Below are positions 59,915-64,000 of a stretch of 64,000 nucleotides of DNA, one piece after another; position 1 is the stretch's first letter; the number at the start of each line of letters is the position of its first letter. Location: the NCBI GenBank assembly GCA_918797485.1, contig CAKKNE010000001.1, positions 3,534,001-3,598,000 on the forward strand, given 5' to 3'. Made by a program: the position numbers and the translations under genes. Origin of the DNA: Pelagomonas calceolata. Lineage: Eukaryota. The notes beneath the pieces were generated by a model, which worked only from the letters and a program-made list of their open reading frames with translations, was not told where the DNA came from and did no database searches.

Positions 59915-62060
59915 ATGCGCCGCTGGGAGTCCAACCAAACGAAAAAGAAAGAGGCCATGGTCGCCCGCGCGCGCGCCCGCGACGCGAAGCGCCACGAGAG
60001 ACGAGAACAGACCGCCGTCGACCGGAGCCGCAAACTCGCGGCGTCTCTGTCCGAATCGAACGCGACGAACGACGCCTTGCGGAGCATGGTCCGCGAGATT
60101 ACGCAGAAGCACGTCGCGGCGCTCGCGGCCTTGGGTGTAGCCGAGGAGAAGGCGGAGACGGCGCTGCTGTCGGCACAAAAATTAAAGCCGGCGCGCGCCT
60201 TCTCCGAGGACGAGGAGCCGGAGCCGGAACCGGAATCACCGGAGCCGACGACGCCGCAGCTGCGCTTCGCGAAGGCTCGGTCGGACGCGCGCGACGACCT
60301 GCACGCCGCGCGCGTCGCGGCCGAGGCCGCGCGCGCGACGCGGAACGCCGATCGCGAGGCCCTCGCCGCGGCGCGCAAGAAGCTCTGGGCCCTTGTCGGC
60401 GTGTTAGCGGATGCGGACGCGGAACTCGAGGCCTCGCAGCGGAACCCCGACGGTTTAGGTGTGGACGAACTTACAAAACGCGTCGACGAGGCGCGGGCGG
60501 CGTCGGCCGACGCCGATGAGAAACTTGCGGCCGCTGATACGGAAGCCGACAACCAGAGCCTCGTCGACGCGTGCCGCGACGCGCGCCGGGCCCTGGATGA
60601 AAGTGTCGCGGCGCTCGACGCGGCGGCGCGCGTCGCGCGCACGGGCAAGGCGGGCGAGGACGCGACGCCGCGGCGCCTGGAGCGGGAGCCTGCTAAAGCT
60701 TACCGCGTCCGCGTCGGATGCGGCGTCCCTCTCACGATACTCCGGGGGTCGCGTCGATGGCGCAAGGGGGCGGCGCGTCGATGAGGACCGCGCCACGCAG
60801 GTCGGCCGGGCGCTCGAGGCCGCGGCCGCCGCCGAGGCGACGTGCTGTGCGCGCGCGGGCGCGTCGGCCATGGCCGAGCGGCGCACCGCGGCGGCGGCGG
60901 CGGCGCTCGAGCAGTGCTTGGACGCCTTCGACGACCTCGGCCGCTGGACGACGGCGCGCGCGCCGCCGCCGTCGCCGAAGCCAACACCGCGCATGAGGAC
61001 GCCGCCGCGGCCGCCGCGAGCCGAAGCGGCGTCTTCAGTGAGACGGCCGCTCCACGAGCCGAAGCCCCGGGAACCCGAAGTCGAGGAGGTGCAATCAGAG
61101 GAGGAGGAGGACGAATCTGATGATGACTGGGCGGACGACGACTGGGCCTACTGTCTGCTGGATGGAAGAGCTAAAAGAGGCACGCTGACGGCCCAGACGG
61201 AGCCCATTCATGTGGTTGCCGCGCGGAAAACGAGATTAGAACAGCGCCGGGCTCTGCTCGACGAGCACTACCCGTGGGACGAGGACAAGGGCGTGAGAAG
61301 GGACGCCGAGACGGGCCGGAGCTGCGCGCGCTTGCACGTGCGCGTGGTCCAAGCTCGTTCATTGCCCCAGATGCGGCGGCACCGCGGCTCGTGCGACCCC
61401 TATGTGGAAGTCGCCGTCGACGGCGCGTCCCCCAAAAAGACGGGGACGGTCTACGACTCTTTATATCCGACCTGGGCGCGGGAGCGGTTCGAATTGCGCG
61501 TGAATCGGAAGACCGCGGTCCTGCGGTGCCGCGTTTTAGATGCGCCTCCTGCGCGAGGCGAGCCGCCGCGGCCCGTCGGGACGTGCAGCCTCGCCCTCCA
61601 GGACCTGGGCGAGCGTTCAAAGACGCTCTGGCTGCCCTTGACACGGGCGCCGTCGGCGGTCAAGACGCGCCTCGCCGACGACTGCGCGCTGCGCGTCGAG
61701 TGCCGCCTGGTGATCGACCCCGCGCCGTTGCTGGATCGCGCCCTCAAGCGCTTGAGTGATGCGCTGGCCACGCGCGCGCCAGACGCCGCGCCCGCTACAC
61801 CGACGACGCCGCCGCGGAGCGCGCCGCCGTCTGTAAAAACAGCGACGGACGCGCGCGGGCGCTTCGTCGCGACGCCGCCCAAGCCGCCCGCGGCCTCTAC
61901 GACGAAGTCGCCATCGCCAAGGTCCAAGCAGGCGCCGCCGTCTCCACAAGAAATGGATTTGAGGATTTTCCGGTCGCCCGCGCGGCGCCAGGCGCATCCT
62001 GTTGGAAGGTCGCCGCGGGGCCGCGCTTCCAGGGGATCGAGGCCGTGGCGGGGGTCATAG
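59915..62060 (+). CDS. Coiled-coil plus C2-domain protein; intron 60713-60800
   Basis: LHVRVVQARSLP...GSCDPYVEV...KKTGTVYDSLYPTW...F; frames joined by a GT..AG intron. Confidence 0.8.
60713..60800 (+). mobile_element. Decayed introner-type intron (88 nt)
   Basis: TSD gtcggatg vs gtcggccg (6/8); contains GTCGCGTCGATGGCG; ends CCACGCAG. Confidence 0.75.
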
Positions 62061-62070
62061 TTTAGTTTTG

Positions 62071-63015
62071 CTAGCCTTTCTTACCCCCTCCTTTCTTCCC
62101 GCCGCCTGACGGGTGGTGCTTCAGGATGAGCGCGATCATCATGATCGTGATCAGAAACAGTAACAAGGCGATGCAGATGCGCGGCCGCGCGGCCTTCTGG
62201 TACTGCTCCGCCTTCTCGATCTCGACGACGCCTCTCCGGGTATGCTCGGCGACCTGCTCCATGTTAAAGTCGATGCGGTCCAGGATCGTCCCTTGGTCGA
62301 TCACGAGAACCGCCAACTCCTTGAAGATGCCCGACAGCTCCTGGATGGACTCGGCGATCTTCCGGATTTCCTGGTCGCGCTCCTCGACGAGGTGCTCGAT
62401 GTCGACGACGGCGCTCATCTGCTGCTCGTTGAACGCGACGCCCGTGTCGTTCCGCGACGACGCCGAGAGGAAGTCGAAGCCCCCGCCGGCACTGCCTTCC
62501 TTTTGTGATTTTAAGCGAACCACATAATCCTTCTGCGCCCGGCGAAATTCCGTGTTCAGCGCCTGGATCCGCACGGCCACGCTCCGCTGCACGTTCGCCC
62601 GGACCTTCCTTTCCGAATCGTCCGCGGCGTCGCCGCCGAAGGTCGCGACGCGCTTCAGCGTCTTCTCGCACGCTCGAAACAACTGCGTCGCGTTCTGCGA
62701 CTGGCGCTCGATCTCCCGATCCAGCTCCGCCTCCCGCGATTCATCAAATGAAACCATGAGCCGCGCGCGGTGCGCCTCCTTCAGCGACTTCAGGGCGCGT
62801 TCCAGCGTCGCGACGTCGGTCTCGACCTTCTCGACGACGTCGACCCAGACCGGCGGCAGCGCCGCGCGGCTCGAGGACATGGGGCTGTGCTCCTGGCTCG
62901 ACCCGCGCTCGTAGCCGCCGAAGGTGCGCGCGCCGCCGAGGGACTTCTCGCGCATGGCGCGCCACTCGACGAAGGTGCGCGTGAGGTCGCGCGAGGCGCC
63001 CATTGTTGACGCCAT
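62071..63015 (-). CDS. STX16: Syntaxin-16/Tlg2-like Qa-SNARE
   Basis: RDLTRTF N-peptide, LPPVWVD, ERDQEI...IFKELAVLVIDQGTILDRIDFN, C-terminal TM. Confidence 0.9.
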   Translation of the reverse strand: MASTMGASRDLTRTFVEWRAMREKSLGGARTFGGYERGSSQEHSPMSSSRAALPPVWVDVVEKVETDVATLERALKSLKEAHRARLMVSFDESREAELDREIERQSQNATQLFRACEKTLKRVATFGGDAADDSERKVRANVQRSVAVRIQALNTEFRRAQKDYVVRLKSQKEGSAGGGFDFLSASSRNDTGVAFNEQQMSAVVDIEHLVEERDQEIRKIAESIQELSGIFKELAVLVIDQGTILDRIDFNMEQVAEHTRRGVVEIEKAEQYQKAARPRICIALLLFLITIMMIALILKHHPSGGGKKGGGKKG

Positions 63016-63504
63016 TGTTCTTGCGCGGCGCGTCCTATGAGTTCTAGTGCGCTGCGGCCGGCGTCCTTTCGCAACAGCTGCGCTGCGCGTTCCTGAGGGT
63101 GGTGTGTCTGTGTGAGAGGTAGCCGGGCGGCCAAGCACCGGCGTCACTACGCAACAGCTGTGGCCTTCTAAGGCGTCTTTCTGCGTGTTCTATTGTTACA
63201 GCGAGTGAAATAAGGCGCCGTACACGTAAAAAAACTGTGGCCGCGGCCATATTCTAGTATGTTACCAACGCTAGTTCCATGGCTCCCAAAAACGCCGGTG
63301 TGCTCTGCTACGGCCGCACACGTAGCCACCAGGACTCGTGGTTCTCGCATCAGTGCTACGACAAGCCGTCCAGAGTATCTCACTGCTTGCCGCATACGAC
63401 TGCTGAGCAACACTGCCCTAACACAGCCGCTTGTCGAGACGACGCGTGAGCAGCTCGCCACCACAATTACGCCATCGATGCGACGCAATACAGTTACCTT
63501 ACTC

Positions 63505-64000
63505 ATGCTGCACGCAGCGAGGGCGCTGCGGTGCGCCCCGCTGCGCACGCGGCGCACGCTCGCACTCCGCAGCACACAGCCTCGCATCTACGACGCCCCA
63601 ACTTTATACGACGCCGCGTTCGGCTTCCGCGATTTTGAAGATGAAGTGGATTTCCTCTGCGCAGCGCACGAAAAACATGGAAACACGGGCGGCGCGCCTT
63701 CCAAAATCCTGGAGCTGGCGGCGGGGCCGGCGCGGCACGCCGTCGAGGCGTCAAAGCGAGGCGTCGACGCGACGGCTATTGATTTGTCGGAGGCGATGGT
63801 GAAATGCGGTACACAAATTGCGAAAGAAGAGGACGTAGCACTAGACTACCGCGTGGGCGACGTGCGGGAAGCCTTGCCATTCGACAAAGTGTGCAGCGCG
63901 TGGCTGCTCCTGGGGTCCGTCGGCCATTTGTTGACGAACGACGACGCGTTACAGTGTTTCCAAAATGCACGCAAAGCGTTGGCGGACGGCGGGACACTAA
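63505..64000 (+). CDS. Class I SAM-dependent methyltransferase, 3'-truncated by window edge (absent from ORF track)
   Basis: MLHAARAL...LYDAAFGFRDFEDEVDFL...ILELAAGPARHA...AIDLSEAM...GDVR...LADGGTL. Confidence 0.85.
   Translation, partial: MLHAARALRCAPLRTRRTLALRSTQPRIYDAPTLYDAAFGFRDFEDEVDFLCAAHEKHGNTGGAPSKILELAAGPARHAVEASKRGVDATAIDLSEAMVKCGTQIAKEEDVALDYRVGDVREALPFDKVCSAWLLLGSVGHLLTNDDALQCFQNARKALADGGTL

Overview
Gene-dense, GC-rich eukaryotic DNA, most consistent with a pelagophyte stramenopile alga such as Pelagomonas or Aureococcus. That assignment is inferred from spliceosomal introns, ciliary genes, bipartite plastid-type leaders and introner-like elements. About 35 protein-coding genes or fragments are present, many packed tail-to-tail with 2-15 bp gaps. 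Main signals: (1) a family of non-autonomous DNA-transposon-derived introns with 15-bp TIRs (CTGTGTGGAAATCAA...TTGATTTCCACACAG) and 8-bp target-site duplications, where the GT donor comes from the TSD and the AG acceptor from the TIR, seen at every stage of decay; (2) a ~9-kb gene with 19 inferred introns encoding a zinc-ligand-less cytidine-deaminase fold, a SAM domain, EF-hand-like motifs and ~23 Tudor-like repeats with RS linkers; (3) a 20-22 bp CTAG-bounded motif found once in about 14 upstream intergenic regions; (4) a ubiquitin/NEDD8-like gene with a 15-aa leader ending in RLRGG; (5) a 39-aa hydrophobic ORF whose stop overlaps the next start (ATGA). All annotation was done by eye and intron boundaries are inferred from frame restoration, not from transcripts.
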